From positions 1 to 35,808 of the forward strand of contig CAZHEZ010000061.1 of NCBI GenBank assembly GCA_964531315.1: a DNA stretch of 35,808 bases, written 5' to 3'. Shown here in pieces: positions 9,255 to 17,710 of the stretch. The position numbers and the translations under genes are program-made. Numbering within the stretch: position 1 is the first letter of the stretch; every line of letters begins with the position of its first letter. Source of the stretch: an uncultured Candidatus Obscuribacterales bacterium (GTDB lineage: Bacteria; Cyanobacteriota; Vampirovibrionia; Obscuribacterales; Obscuribacteraceae). Under the pieces are notes generated by a model that was not told the origin of the DNA, did not search any database, and saw nothing but the letters and a program-made list of their open reading frames with translations.

Positions 9255-9407
9255 AGATGTTCTCCAAGCTGTTTGAGATCTAGAGGTGCATAGGCATCCA
9301 AAGTCAGCCAGTGGTCTGCATTGCGGGCCACTGGCTGACTTTGAATAAAACCAAAGGGCGAGCCCCGAGCCGTAGCCCAGCGCTCGCCCTCACTTCATTG
9401 GTTTCGA

Positions 9408-10142
9408 TTATTTACTTGCGAGCAGTCCCTTCCTCTTCTTTTCGGAAAGGAGTGTCTCGACTTCCTGATTGCCGAAGAGAGTGTCGTAACCCGCTCCGGG
9501 GCATTCAATCGCCCACTGGTACAGGGCCGCCATGCGAACAGGGTCGCTGACGAGCGGCTTTTCCTGGCGCACGGCGTCGAGATTCTCGACGATTGCCGCG
9601 GCCATTTTCTTGTAGAGCTTCTCGATGGTCTTGCCCAGTTGTCCGGGAGTCTTGGCTCCCTGATACTCAGCCATACCATGGAGTTTCACCACCTTCGTGC
9701 GCGGCCAGTTTGTCGCCATCAGGTTCCAGGGGTCCTGTTCCTGATTGCCTTCGCCGGCGGCGCGGAAGTCGGTGCGAAGAATGACGCTGGGGACGTCGAT
9801 CATTTTCGCGTAGATGAATTCGACCACCGTACCGGCGTCGAGATTCGATCCATCGAAATTGAAGATTGCCAGGTCGCAGGTCATCACGTGCTTGAGGTCG
9901 ACGTTGCGAATGTCGACCGTGCGATGCACCGGTTCTTCGAGGTCCTGCGGGAGGACGCATTGATAGCGCCCGCGAGAGACCGACTTGATGTACTTGGCCA
10001 GAAGGGCGTTGCCGATCAGATCTTTGTGCGTCCAGAGGTCGCCCGCGAGATAAATCGTGTAAGGACGTTTACCACGCGAACGGTTTTTGCGGTGGATGTC
10101 GGCAGTGCTGGAGGTCTTGTTAGCTTTGAAAAGCTTGGTCAT
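9408..10142 (-). CDS. Nucleoside 2-deoxyribosyltransferase-like (Rcl/DNPH1-like) family protein
   Basis: Motifs YTIYLAGDLW and CDLAIFNFDGSNLDAGTVVEFIYAKMIDVPSVILRTDFR match the YxAGP…D.GT.FE.GYA..GKP pattern of the family. SD aaaggtg precedes the ATG at 10142; the ORF track begins further upstream at 10190. Confidence 0.55.
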   Translation of the reverse strand: MTKLFKANKTSSTADIHRKNRSRGKRPYTIYLAGDLWTHKDLIGNALLAKYIKSVSRGRYQCVLPQDLEEPVHRTVDIRNVDLKHVMTCDLAIFNFDGSNLDAGTVVEFIYAKMIDVPSVILRTDFRAAGEGNQEQDPWNLMATNWPRTKVVKLHGMAEYQGAKTPGQLGKTIEKLYKKMAAAIVENLDAVRQEKPLVSDPVRMAALYQWAIECPGAGYDTLFGNQEVETLLSEKKRKGLLASK

Positions 10143-10830
10143 TGGGACACCTTTTGCGGTTTGCGCAGGAGTCCTCGAGTGGCCAAACAAGACCTGAAAT
10201 TGCCGAAGCTTCTGAATCAGTCCGATTGATGTTTTTCAGAGCTGTCATTGCAAATAGCCTTTTTTGGCGGCAGGATCATCCTGTGCCCTTATGCTATTTG
10301 CGCCAGGTATCCGTCATCGAGCAGGTCTTGTGCCTGGTCGTGCAGTCCTGACTCAACCAACAGTTCGCCGCGCCTGCTTCACACCCGGGCCGTCGAAGTC
10401 CTCCACCATAAGTGGTGAAAAGAATGCTTCGATGACGAGGTCAGGATGAGAAGACGAGGATTGTTCCAGAGAAACTACAGGGTGAAAAGTTGATACTTGA
10501 AATTACCAATTTCTCATCCTTAAGTCCACTGAAATCGGCTTCTACAGATAAATTTCCAATATTAAAATTCGCACAGCTGCGCCACCATATGCGGTGGCGG
10601 AAACACGAAAAGCCCGATACGCATGTATCGAGCGAAAGATAATATGAGGTCGAGAAGATGTTTTGTGTATGCACAGGATAGAGTCCAGTTTATGAACTTA
10701 TCGTGAACGCTGCGACATTTACGAAAATAGCTTTCACTCTGGATTCACACGTTGGAGGCTAAACTGCCTTAACTCATCAGCCATTCACAGCTCTTGAGCA
10801 TCTGCGACTTCTCTCAAACAATTATTCGTC

Positions 10831-10913
10831 AGTCACTGAGGTGACTGCTATATAAAGCCGATCTCCTTGAGCGAAAGCTCAGGCAGATCGGCTTTGTGGT
10901 ATTGTATATGGTG
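10831..10913 (+). promoter_or_regulatory. Conserved non-coding module, copy 2 (inverted repeat, TATA-like, GAAA-capped hairpin, 16-nt box)
   Basis: Perfect palindrome caGTCACtgagGTGACtg (10831-10848); ctatataaa; perfect hairpin gccgatctccttgagc-gaaa-gctcaggcagatcggc (10857-10892); box ggtattgtatatggtg (10898-10913), followed by the GCGCGGCCGCGC palindrome. Confidence 0.5.
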
Positions 10914-11200
10914 GCAAAGTTGGCGCGGCCGCGCGAATGCTTGGCGCGCTGAAATCGCCTATTAAAGAGGCTCTTTCATTAGACCGCGCGCTAACCGTAC
11001 TAAGTCGAATTGCAAGATCAAGTAATGTGTAAAATCCATGTCTATTGACTGAGAGTACGGCAAAATGGCACCGTTTAAATATCTTTCGTCTTCTCCATTC
11101 AAATCGCGCAATCTCTCTCTAAAGCATTCTTCTCTCTCGATTAGAGGCAGTAATCACAGCACTTCGGTGCTGCGCGCGACCCCGGATGAGGCGAAATCCA

Positions 11201-11485
11201 AGCCCAGCCATGAAGGAGCTGCACATGACCCCCGCCACCTATGCTGCAAACTTCTCGAAGGTTTGTGATACGGCATCTAAGTTTTTGTCTGATGAGCATC
11301 GCAAACATGTGATCGATCGCGCCGGCTTTTCCCTGACCTTCTTTCAGTCCGGAGCCAGCACGAGCGATGCAGCCTTGCGTACGGTTTGTATCGAAGCGGC
11401 ATATCGCGAACTGCGTGCTGCTGCTAAGGAGCTCAACTACTATGGCAACTTCGTCGTCACCGGCTGGATTCCCGTAACGTTTTAG
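11201..11485 (+). CDS. Small hypothetical protein, family Z (paralog of 16698-16970)
   Basis: SD aaggag lies 7 nt before the ATG at 11201; the ORF track starts at 11186. Shared with Z2: TPATYAANFSKVCDTA / PKLQAYTDAVTKISDAA, FFQS/FYQA, AAYRELRAAAKEL/AAVRELTAAAKYL. Confidence 0.55.
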   Translation, partial: SPAMKELHMTPATYAANFSKVCDTASKFLSDEHRKHVIDRAGFSLTFFQSGASTSDAALRTVCIEAAYRELRAAAKELNYYGNFVVTGWIPVTF

Positions 11486-11635
11486 TTACGTCGCAGTAGA
11501 CCTTACCTCGCAATTGTGAGCATGCAGTGGAAATACGTTTCCGCTGCGGACCTGTCGCCGGGCTTGAGAGCCTGAGTTTCAACATGAAATGCCCAACTGC
11601 AACCCGAATGATTACCGCCAAGATAGGAACATCAA

Positions 11636-12706
11636 ATGGCGAACAATTCCATCACGATTTCCGGACGAGTGTTCGTTTCGAGGAGCCTGGAGGAGATCTA
11701 TCCTGCGCGCCCCGTACCCAAGTTTCCGCAACCCGGTGACATCATGGTCTGGTGCCGGCTCGATAATGCCGGACGCGCTGCCGTTAAGCGTGGCAATCGC
11801 GACTATGGCTGCTCCGGCAACTTTCAGGCGTCTATATTTGACGGGCAAAAGTGGCGCAAATTTCACACGCGCAATTTTGTCAGAGAGAGCATCACCAAGT
11901 ATGCGACCCACTGCGAGAGGGGCTGGAAGATTGAACTGATGATCGAGGCGCTCGAAATGCATGCGGACGAAGTTGTTGCTCTGGTGGAGACAAACTACCA
12001 GTTGAGCGGTTCTCTCTCCGGGGCAATGAAGGCGCAAGACAGAGCGGCAGCAGCTCGAGCAAGAGAGGTTGCAGAGTCCAAACTGCTTGGGCAGGAAATC
12101 ATCCAATCGGTTGAACTGATCAAGCAACGGAAATTCAAGCTCGCATATAAGCTGTTGTGCAGCGCTGAAGTGGTCGAAGGCCGCGTTCGTTTGATGGCTT
12201 TCGAGAGTGTCTCCGGTCCTGTGTATCAGGTCGACTTGAAATGCGGGTTGCGCGGACTGCTCAGCTCAAAGTTCCTCAAGTGCGACGAGTCTGATCGCCG
12301 GCAACGGTGCGAAAGCATCAAGGCTGGTGATGTGCTGCGTGTCCGAATTTCCAGAATCCGAGACAACTTCGGCATGTGTGAGGTGGAGTTGGTCGAAGAT
12401 GGTGCCGATCTTCCGCGTGAGATTCGCCGTGCCTATCAATCCTGCGGCGAAGTGTTTCAAGTTACGGTAATCGACACAGCAACCAACAAAGACGGTTGCT
12501 TCGGTTTGTTTGTGCGCGTCATGGACCAATTTCGCGCACTGCTGCATGTGAATGCGATGGCAGGCAAGACTCGTGCAGAACGCCTCCGGCGCCTGCAGGA
12601 GCTTCGCGAAGTTGGCAGGTTTCCCGCCAAACTTCTTGCGGTCGACAACAATTGTGGCGTGCTCCGCATTAATGTGGGCCCGTTGCCTAGCATTGCAAGA
12701 CTCTAA
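11636..12706 (+). CDS. Hypothetical protein with two S1-like (OB-fold, RNA-binding-like) segments
   Basis: 356-aa ORF. S1-like patterns GDVLRVRISRIRDNFGMCEVELVEDGA and GEVFQVTVIDTATNKDGCFGLFVRVMDQFRALLHVNAM (cf. the G..V.G.V…GaFV.l..g..GLlHiSe motif of S1 domains). Confidence 0.5.
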   Translation: MANNSITISGRVFVSRSLEEIYPARPVPKFPQPGDIMVWCRLDNAGRAAVKRGNRDYGCSGNFQASIFDGQKWRKFHTRNFVRESITKYATHCERGWKIELMIEALEMHADEVVALVETNYQLSGSLSGAMKAQDRAAAARAREVAESKLLGQEIIQSVELIKQRKFKLAYKLLCSAEVVEGRVRLMAFESVSGPVYQVDLKCGLRGLLSSKFLKCDESDRRQRCESIKAGDVLRVRISRIRDNFGMCEVELVEDGADLPREIRRAYQSCGEVFQVTVIDTATNKDGCFGLFVRVMDQFRALLHVNAMAGKTRAERLRRLQELREVGRFPAKLLAVDNNCGVLRINVGPLPSIARL

Positions 12707-12878
12707 GACTTGGAATTTCTACCACGAAACCTTGTGAACATGCCGATGCGCAGATGGCAATCTTGTTGGCGGATCTGTTTCTCCTTGAGAAACGCGAAAG
12801 GACCCGCTTGCCAGGTTACCGGATATTGTCGGCATTTTCATAGGTTGTGCCAGACCCAGCCAACACAAGGAATCTCCA

Positions 12879-13277
12879 ATGATTGCCATCTCCAACGATG
12901 CCCTCTATCAGCGTTTTCTTTCTGCCTGCGAACTGCAAGCCGTCCTAGACTGCAATTTGCTCAATGCCTTGAGGACCGTTAATGCCTTCTGCTTTCACCT
13001 GGAGCACGGCGAAATGAAACCCTTTTACGAGCGTTTCGCTCTGGCCCGGAATCTGTCAACAGCGGCCACCGAAGCGATGAAGGCGGCGGCCTGGAGTTTG
13101 CTCGACCGCGACCATGTGGAGACCTTTTTCCGCCTGGTCGACCAGTCTTGTCGGGAAGCGGTAGGTGCTCTCGACTTCGCGATTGCGCAACGGGATGACG
13201 ACAGATTCCCGCCTTTTCGCGATCGGCTGAAGGCAGCCAGCGCGCGTGCCAATTCGGTCTCTGTCGGCACTCTCTAA
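12879..13277 (+). CDS. Hypothetical protein (132 aa)
   Basis: ORF with SD aaggaa 6 nt upstream of the ATG. No recognised domain. Confidence 0.45.
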   Translation: MIAISNDALYQRFLSACELQAVLDCNLLNALRTVNAFCFHLEHGEMKPFYERFALARNLSTAATEAMKAAAWSLLDRDHVETFFRLVDQSCREAVGALDFAIAQRDDDRFPPFRDRLKAASARANSVSVGTL

Positions 13278-13355
13278 TGGCGTAGCGACTGCGGTTTTCA
13301 GCTTTCGGACAGGACACTGTTTTCTGCGTGAAACTTCCTGGAAAGGAGAGACCAA

Positions 13356-13580
13356 ATGGGAAAAATATTCGATCACAAAGGGGGCGTGGCTTTTTTGATC
13401 ATGCCGGCACACCCGAGCGAACCGGTGCCGATGGGCTGGCTTGCTCGTGAACTGTTCAATCACGGTGCTGAGCGTCTTCTGGATGCAATTAAGGAGCACC
13501 AAATCGGCGACGCAATAGCAGCGATTGCTCTTATTTGCCGATCCCTGCGCTGGAAAATTCTTGGTATCAGGAGCAAGTGA
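13356..13580 (+). CDS. Hypothetical small protein (74 aa)
   Basis: Strong SD aaggagag 7 nt upstream of the ATG. Followed immediately by repeat R1. Confidence 0.45.
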   Translation: MGKIFDHKGGVAFLIMPAHPSEPVPMGWLARELFNHGAERLLDAIKEHQIGDAIAAIALICRSLRWKILGIRSK

Positions 13581-13592
13581 GCCGGACGGTGG

Positions 13593-13654
13593 TTTTCAAC
13601 GAGTGGTGACAAACAGCTGGGGGAGGGTTTATCCGAAGCATTCCTTCTTCTGAT
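13593..13654 (+). repeat. Intergenic repeat R (copy 1) found just 3' of plus-strand genes
   Basis: ttttcaacgagtggtgacaaacagctgggggagggtttatccgaagcattccttcttctgattgt matches 15041-15112 (ttttcaatgacaaggtgacaaacagcagggagagggtttccggcgaaacgttccgtcttctgtttgtt). Confidence 0.55.
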
Positions 13655-13752
13655 TGTCATTGTTTTCGAATGCGGAGCGATTCGCATTCCAGTCAGGCAA
13701 TATGTTTTAAGATCCCATCAAGGCGATGGATCGCAACTGAGGAGCAAAGAGC

Positions 13753-13923
13753 ATGGGTGTCAACGTTGTCCAGCTGCTTTTGGATTTCGTCCGGCTTTTG
13801 GCGGACTGCTGCAATCCCAACGGCAAGCTGCACCGCAAGTACGGCGGCAAATCGCGTCGTCCTCATCGTCCGCACCGTCCTCACGGACATCACCGGCCGC
13901 GCCGGCGTCGCCGCTTTCCTTAA
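13753..13923 (+). CDS. Small ORF (56 aa) with a His/Arg/Pro-rich C-terminal tail …RRPHRPHRPHGHHRPRRRRRFP*
   Basis: ATG at 13753 with SD gaggag upstream. The tail and the stop codon are encoded by a repeat that is also found at 14118-14155. Below the cut-off of the ORF track. Confidence 0.3.
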   Translation: MGVNVVQLLLDFVRLLADCCNPNGKLHRKYGGKSRRPHRPHRPHGHHRPRRRRRFP

Positions 13924-13960
13924 GCGGCGGCGTCAATTACGTACTGAAAGGAAAAGACTC

Positions 13961-14152
13961 ATGACCAAGAAAGAAAAGAAGCCAAAACATCTCGTCTTTG
14001 CCAATCAAGAACCTTGTCGGGCTGTTCTGGGTACTGTCGGTATGCTGGTTGCACTTGAAGCGATAAAGTCAGCTTCGCCAGCACCAACTGATTCGCCGCA
14101 AGAGGTAGCACATCGTCCGCACCGGCCGCGCCGGCGCCGCCGCTTGCCATAA
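13961..14152 (+). CDS. Small ORF (63 aa) with a His/Arg/Pro-rich C-terminal tail …HRPHRPRRRRRLP*
   Basis: ATG at 13961 with SD aaaggaaaag upstream. Ends with the same tail repeat as 13753-13923. Same frame and stop as the 160-aa track ORF 13670-14152, which has no SD. Confidence 0.4.
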   Translation: MTKKEKKPKHLVFANQEPCRAVLGTVGMLVALEAIKSASPAPTDSPQEVAHRPHRPRRRRRLP

Positions 14153-14203
14153 GCGGCGGCATCAATGCAGGAAGAAAATGAACCAGGCGAAAGGAAACAC
14201 TAG

Positions 14204-15013
14204 ATGCCGATATGGGTTCTCGGTTTGATTTGTTTTGTGATCGTGTACTTCGCACTCGGTCTTGGGCGCACGCAAAAGCCTGATACCGAAGGCGTCAGAG
14301 CCGCGATGGAGGCACAAAGAAAGCGCCTGGAAGCTCTGCGGCTCAAAGAGCTGCGCGCCAAAGATCATGAATTCCGTGCTGCAGACTCTGTGTTCGGTCC
14401 AAGAATCATCGATTTGCAACACGCGTTGGATCGGTCCATTGAGAGTGGTTCTGCGCTGAGGAATCAGTTGCAGGCCGACAGGGCTGAGCTGGAAAAGGGC
14501 ATCGTGGTAATTGAGACAGCAATCTCAGCCCGCGATGCAGGTGACGGCAACTCCACTTGCTCTGCGGAGGTGCTCGCATTCATGAAAGATGCGTGCGCGA
14601 AGCTGGAGAGGCAGTTCGTCAAGTCTGTCATCGCGCTGAATCGCTGCGCTGACAATGCTCGTTTTGCCGAGTCTAGCTTGCGTCGAGAAACGCTCAAATT
14701 GTCCGGCTGGATGAAGGAGCGCTCCGAAGCTGCACAAGCGAGAGCCGCCGAGCTCCTCTCTGAGGCGGAGCGAACTCTTTGCGAGCAGCAGCGGAGAATG
14801 GCGTCTATTTTCGCGGACGTCGAAACGCAACCGCAAGGGGTGACGGGCGAGAAAGTTACTGCCGGCATCATCAAATGGCGGCAGGAGAGGCTCGAGGCCC
14901 GTCAGTTGATGGCTCTTGAAGAGGGCGGCAATAGCGGGCTTGCCAGCGGATTGTACCTCTCGGACGATGTTGTCTGGAACCCGCTTGCAAGCAGACCTGG
15001 TGTCTTGGCGTAG
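14204..15013 (+). CDS. Hypothetical membrane-anchored coiled-coil protein, family X (paralog of 3621-4328)
   Basis: SD aaggaaa upstream of the ATG. N-terminal TM helix IWVLGLICFVIVYFALGLG. C-terminal motif VTAGIIKWRQERLEARQLM shared with X1. Followed by repeat R copy 2. Confidence 0.6.
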   Translation: MPIWVLGLICFVIVYFALGLGRTQKPDTEGVRAAMEAQRKRLEALRLKELRAKDHEFRAADSVFGPRIIDLQHALDRSIESGSALRNQLQADRAELEKGIVVIETAISARDAGDGNSTCSAEVLAFMKDACAKLERQFVKSVIALNRCADNARFAESSLRRETLKLSGWMKERSEAAQARAAELLSEAERTLCEQQRRMASIFADVETQPQGVTGEKVTAGIIKWRQERLEARQLMALEEGGNSGLASGLYLSDDVVWNPLASRPGVLA

Positions 15014-15040
15014 CTCAAATCTAGTTCTGGCAGTGAAGCG

Positions 15041-15112
15041 TTTTCAATGACAAGGTGACAAACAGCAGGGAGAGGGTTTCCGGCGAAACGTTCCGTCTTC
15101 TGTTTGTTCCGG
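15041..15112 (+). repeat. Intergenic repeat R (copy 2)
   Basis: See 13593-13654; this copy lies directly after the X2 stop codon. Confidence 0.55.
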
Positions 15113-15305
15113 CGCGATTTTGTGGACGAATCACCGGCTACTTCGGAAATAAGCACCACCGTCGGCGATAAGCGCAAGCTCTCAAGGAGATTGTGGTTAG
15201 TACAGGCAATCTTGTCAGCGGATTTGGCTTCTCGCGAAGAGGCTGTCTAGAACTCGCTTGCTAGATTACTTGTCCTGTTTCACAGCAAAAAAGAAAGGCG
15301 ATACC

Positions 15306-15824
15306 ATGAAGATTCAAGAGCAGTTGATTGGACAAGTGCAGTCACAAGTGGACGAAATCCACGTACGATATGCAACACTTCTTTGTGAGGAGGAGACATT
15401 TGCCCATGTGGCGGGCAATCTCGTCATCACCCGCATTCCGGAACTGATTGCGCGGGCCGTTTTGTCGAAACGGTCATACGTGGATCTTTGCGAGGTAAGC
15501 GATTTCGGTCCTGCGGCGACCGATCCGTTGTTCACCGGCGAGCGACTCTTTTTCGTACCGCCGGACATCACCCAGTACTTTGACTTTGAAGGCCGACCAG
15601 AATCGGAGTGGTTGGTCGGCGCAGCCAAGTATGTTTACGCCTTCTGCGAGGCAAATGACCTCTATCCGTATTTGGAACCTTCGCAAGTCAAATCGGTATC
15701 GAATGGCCAGCGCAGTGCGTCGTGGAGTTGCTCGCGTCTGACGATCCGCTGGGATCGGGAAGCCATCGAAAAACTCCTGAATCTCAGGACATTCGGTGAA
15801 TTTAACGTCCTGGGACATCGCTAA
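15306..15824 (+). CDS. Hypothetical protein, family Y (paralog of 5748-6239)
   Basis: ATG at 15306 (MKIQEQLIG…), aligned with the Y1 start MKISKELID. Conserved blocks are listed under the 5748-6239 feature. Confidence 0.65.
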   Translation: MKIQEQLIGQVQSQVDEIHVRYATLLCEEETFAHVAGNLVITRIPELIARAVLSKRSYVDLCEVSDFGPAATDPLFTGERLFFVPPDITQYFDFEGRPESEWLVGAAKYVYAFCEANDLYPYLEPSQVKSVSNGQRSASWSCSRLTIRWDREAIEKLLNLRTFGEFNVLGHR

Positions 15825-15851
15825 TCGACACAAGCGTCGCAACAAAAGGAC

Positions 15852-16658
15852 TTGCCGGAGGTCGTCGGCATGTTCGATCAACGAAAGAAGAAAGCAATGA
15901 AAAACCCACTGAGATTAACTGCTGTTTTGCTTGGACTGCTGCTCTTTTCTTACGCGTCCTATTTGGGCGCGTTTATAGTCAGTGCTCCGTCCATTCCACG
16001 GGATTACGAGAAATTCGTGGCTTTCGAATCACGTCTCGACACCATCGTCGATCAACACTGGAGCCGCCCTGATGCTGTTCCAACTGATGACGAGATTGCC
16101 GCATATCGAAAGCTGATCGACGAACTCAACACCTTCGATTATGCTCCGCTGATGCGGCAGCATGACCGAGCCCTGGCCCAGCTGCCATCCGCGCAAGAAC
16201 GGATGCTCAGTTCATCGCGGCCGTTCATGTCTATCTACCAGTCCCTCACTCCATACGTCGGCGAGAATGTCGCAATCGGCGCCGCTTATGCCGTTGTCGG
16301 CGCGAGCCTGTACACGCATCACTACTACTACGAGCATGTACAGATCAGCCGCCTTCTCACTGCGCGCATGGTCAACCTTCGCTCCGATGTTCGGTATCAC
16401 CTGGCAATGGCGCTGATTTTCGCCAATGACAATCAGGGAGCCGTCGATCAATTGTTGATGGTCTGGCGTGAAAACCCTGAATACGCGAAAATATACGGCA
16501 TGTACTCAATCGGCGCGCGTGCTCATGCTGAAAAGAATCTCGACTTTGTCTCGGCTGTTTTGCCTTCCCCCGCCAGCCAACAATGGTTTTCCGTCCTCGA
16601 TGAGGACGAGAAGAAAATGCGCCCCTGGCACGGCAACAAACTCTACGACCCTCGCTGA
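15852..16658 (+). CDS. Hypothetical secreted or membrane-anchored protein (268 aa; alternative starts at 15870 and 15897)
   Basis: N-terminal hydrophobic segment LRLTAVLLGLLLFSYASYLGAFIV after a basic stretch; SD ggagg 9 nt upstream of 15870. No recognised domain. Confidence 0.55.
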   Translation: MPEVVGMFDQRKKKAMKNPLRLTAVLLGLLLFSYASYLGAFIVSAPSIPRDYEKFVAFESRLDTIVDQHWSRPDAVPTDDEIAAYRKLIDELNTFDYAPLMRQHDRALAQLPSAQERMLSSSRPFMSIYQSLTPYVGENVAIGAAYAVVGASLYTHHYYYEHVQISRLLTARMVNLRSDVRYHLAMALIFANDNQGAVDQLLMVWRENPEYAKIYGMYSIGARAHAEKNLDFVSAVLPSPASQQWFSVLDEDEKKMRPWHGNKLYDPR

Positions 16659-16697
16659 CATGTTTGGAAACACCGCGGACCAAAGAAGGACATCTCC

Positions 16698-16970
16698 ATG
16701 ACCGGAATTATCATGCCAAAGCTGCAGGCGTATACGGACGCCGTCACCAAGATCTCCGACGCGGCCGACCGTTGTGCGGCGAACCATCATCGGGAACACG
16801 CGCGGGAGCGTATACGCACTTCGTTGTCGTTCTATCAGGCCGTCGTTACTACGTCGAACCCCATGATGTGCGCCGTCAGCTTCGAGGCTGCCGTCCGCGA
16901 GCTGACAGCAGCTGCTAAATACCTGAAACTGGAGTCCGCAGTCGGCTCACTTGCTTCTTCGGCTCTCTGA
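16698..16970 (+). CDS. Small hypothetical protein, family Z (paralog of 11201-11485)
   Basis: See Z1. The alignment suggests the Met at 16713 may be the true start. Confidence 0.5.
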   Translation: MTGIIMPKLQAYTDAVTKISDAADRCAANHHREHARERIRTSLSFYQAVVTTSNPMMCAVSFEAAVRELTAAAKYLKLESAVGSLASSAL

Positions 16971-17160
16971 GAAAGGCGTCAGCGAAAGCAGAGGGGAGCA
17001 CAGCGTTGCTCCCCCTGCTGTGAGTGACGGCCCAGCAGTCATATCAATTTAAAAAAATGGTTCAATATACTAGGTAATATAATAGAAATAATGCTAAGAG
17101 AAAACGCCATGGGAGCCTCGACCGAAGTCGAGAACCCAAGCGTTTTCTATCTCGGTTTTT

Positions 17161-17313
17161 TTACCCGAGGATGCGGCCGAAGCCTGAGAAGAATGAGCCT
17201 ATTGCCCAGATGAAGAGACCGAAAAACACCAGTGCTGTGATGGTTTCGGCTGGTCTATCTAACAGGCATGTCACGACGAGAGCGGCACAGAAGGCTAGAA
17301 ACAGCCATTCCAT
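17161..17313 (-). CDS. Very small membrane protein (~50 aa), hypothetical
   Basis: Two hydrophobic helices (MEWLFLAFCAALVVTCLL, ITALVFFGLFIWAIGSFF). The track ORF 17161-17403 is trimmed here to the internal Met so that it does not overlap the better-supported 17324-17596 ORF. Confidence 0.3.
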   Translation of the reverse strand: MEWLFLAFCAALVVTCLLDRPAETITALVFFGLFIWAIGSFFSGFGRILG

Positions 17314-17323
17314 TGACCGCCCC

Positions 17324-17596
17324 TTAAAACTCTTCGAAGAGCGACGAACCCACCATCTCGAAGTATGTGAGTTTGCCCGGGTGCTCTTTCGTCGCTTGCG
17401 CAAGAAGAGCCGTATGTGTGTCGGCGACGAGCATTTGCCCGTTCACATAACCGACGCATTTGCCTTTGTGGGTCGCCTCGATGGTTTCCCGATTGGCGTC
17501 GAATGCCGCTCTCTGAGCCAGCAGTTCATCCGCCTCGGACTGCTTTAGCTGTCCGTTGGCGACGTATTGTTTCATTGAATCTTCGTAGGCACTCAT
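17324..17596 (-). CDS. Hypothetical protein (90 aa)
   Basis: SD aaggaaaagg directly upstream of the ATG at 17596; soluble, helix-rich sequence. Confidence 0.5.
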   Translation of the reverse strand: MSAYEDSMKQYVANGQLKQSEADELLAQRAAFDANRETIEATHKGKCVGYVNGQMLVADTHTALLAQATKEHPGKLTYFEMVGSSLFEEF

Positions 17597-17710
17597 GCCT
17601 TTTCCTTTTCAAAACGCTTCCTGTTTTTCGGTGAAAAGACGACGGCGGGAGCCGATTTTGGTCGAAACTCCCGCCGCCGCTTTCCCGTTTAAGGACGACG
17701 CGCGTCGCCC

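Noticed and set aside
10441-10674. 77-aa minus-strand ORF in an AT-rich island
   Set aside because: It lies in AT-rich intergenic sequence with no SD. It is probably a chance ORF in a promoter-like region.
13670-14152. 160-aa track ORF spanning repeat R and both tail repeats
   Set aside because: No SD at 13670. It starts inside a non-coding repeat and reads the first tail repeat in a frame different from the tail-encoding frame. The two short ORFs with their own SDs (13753-13923 and 13961-14152) fit the repeat structure better.
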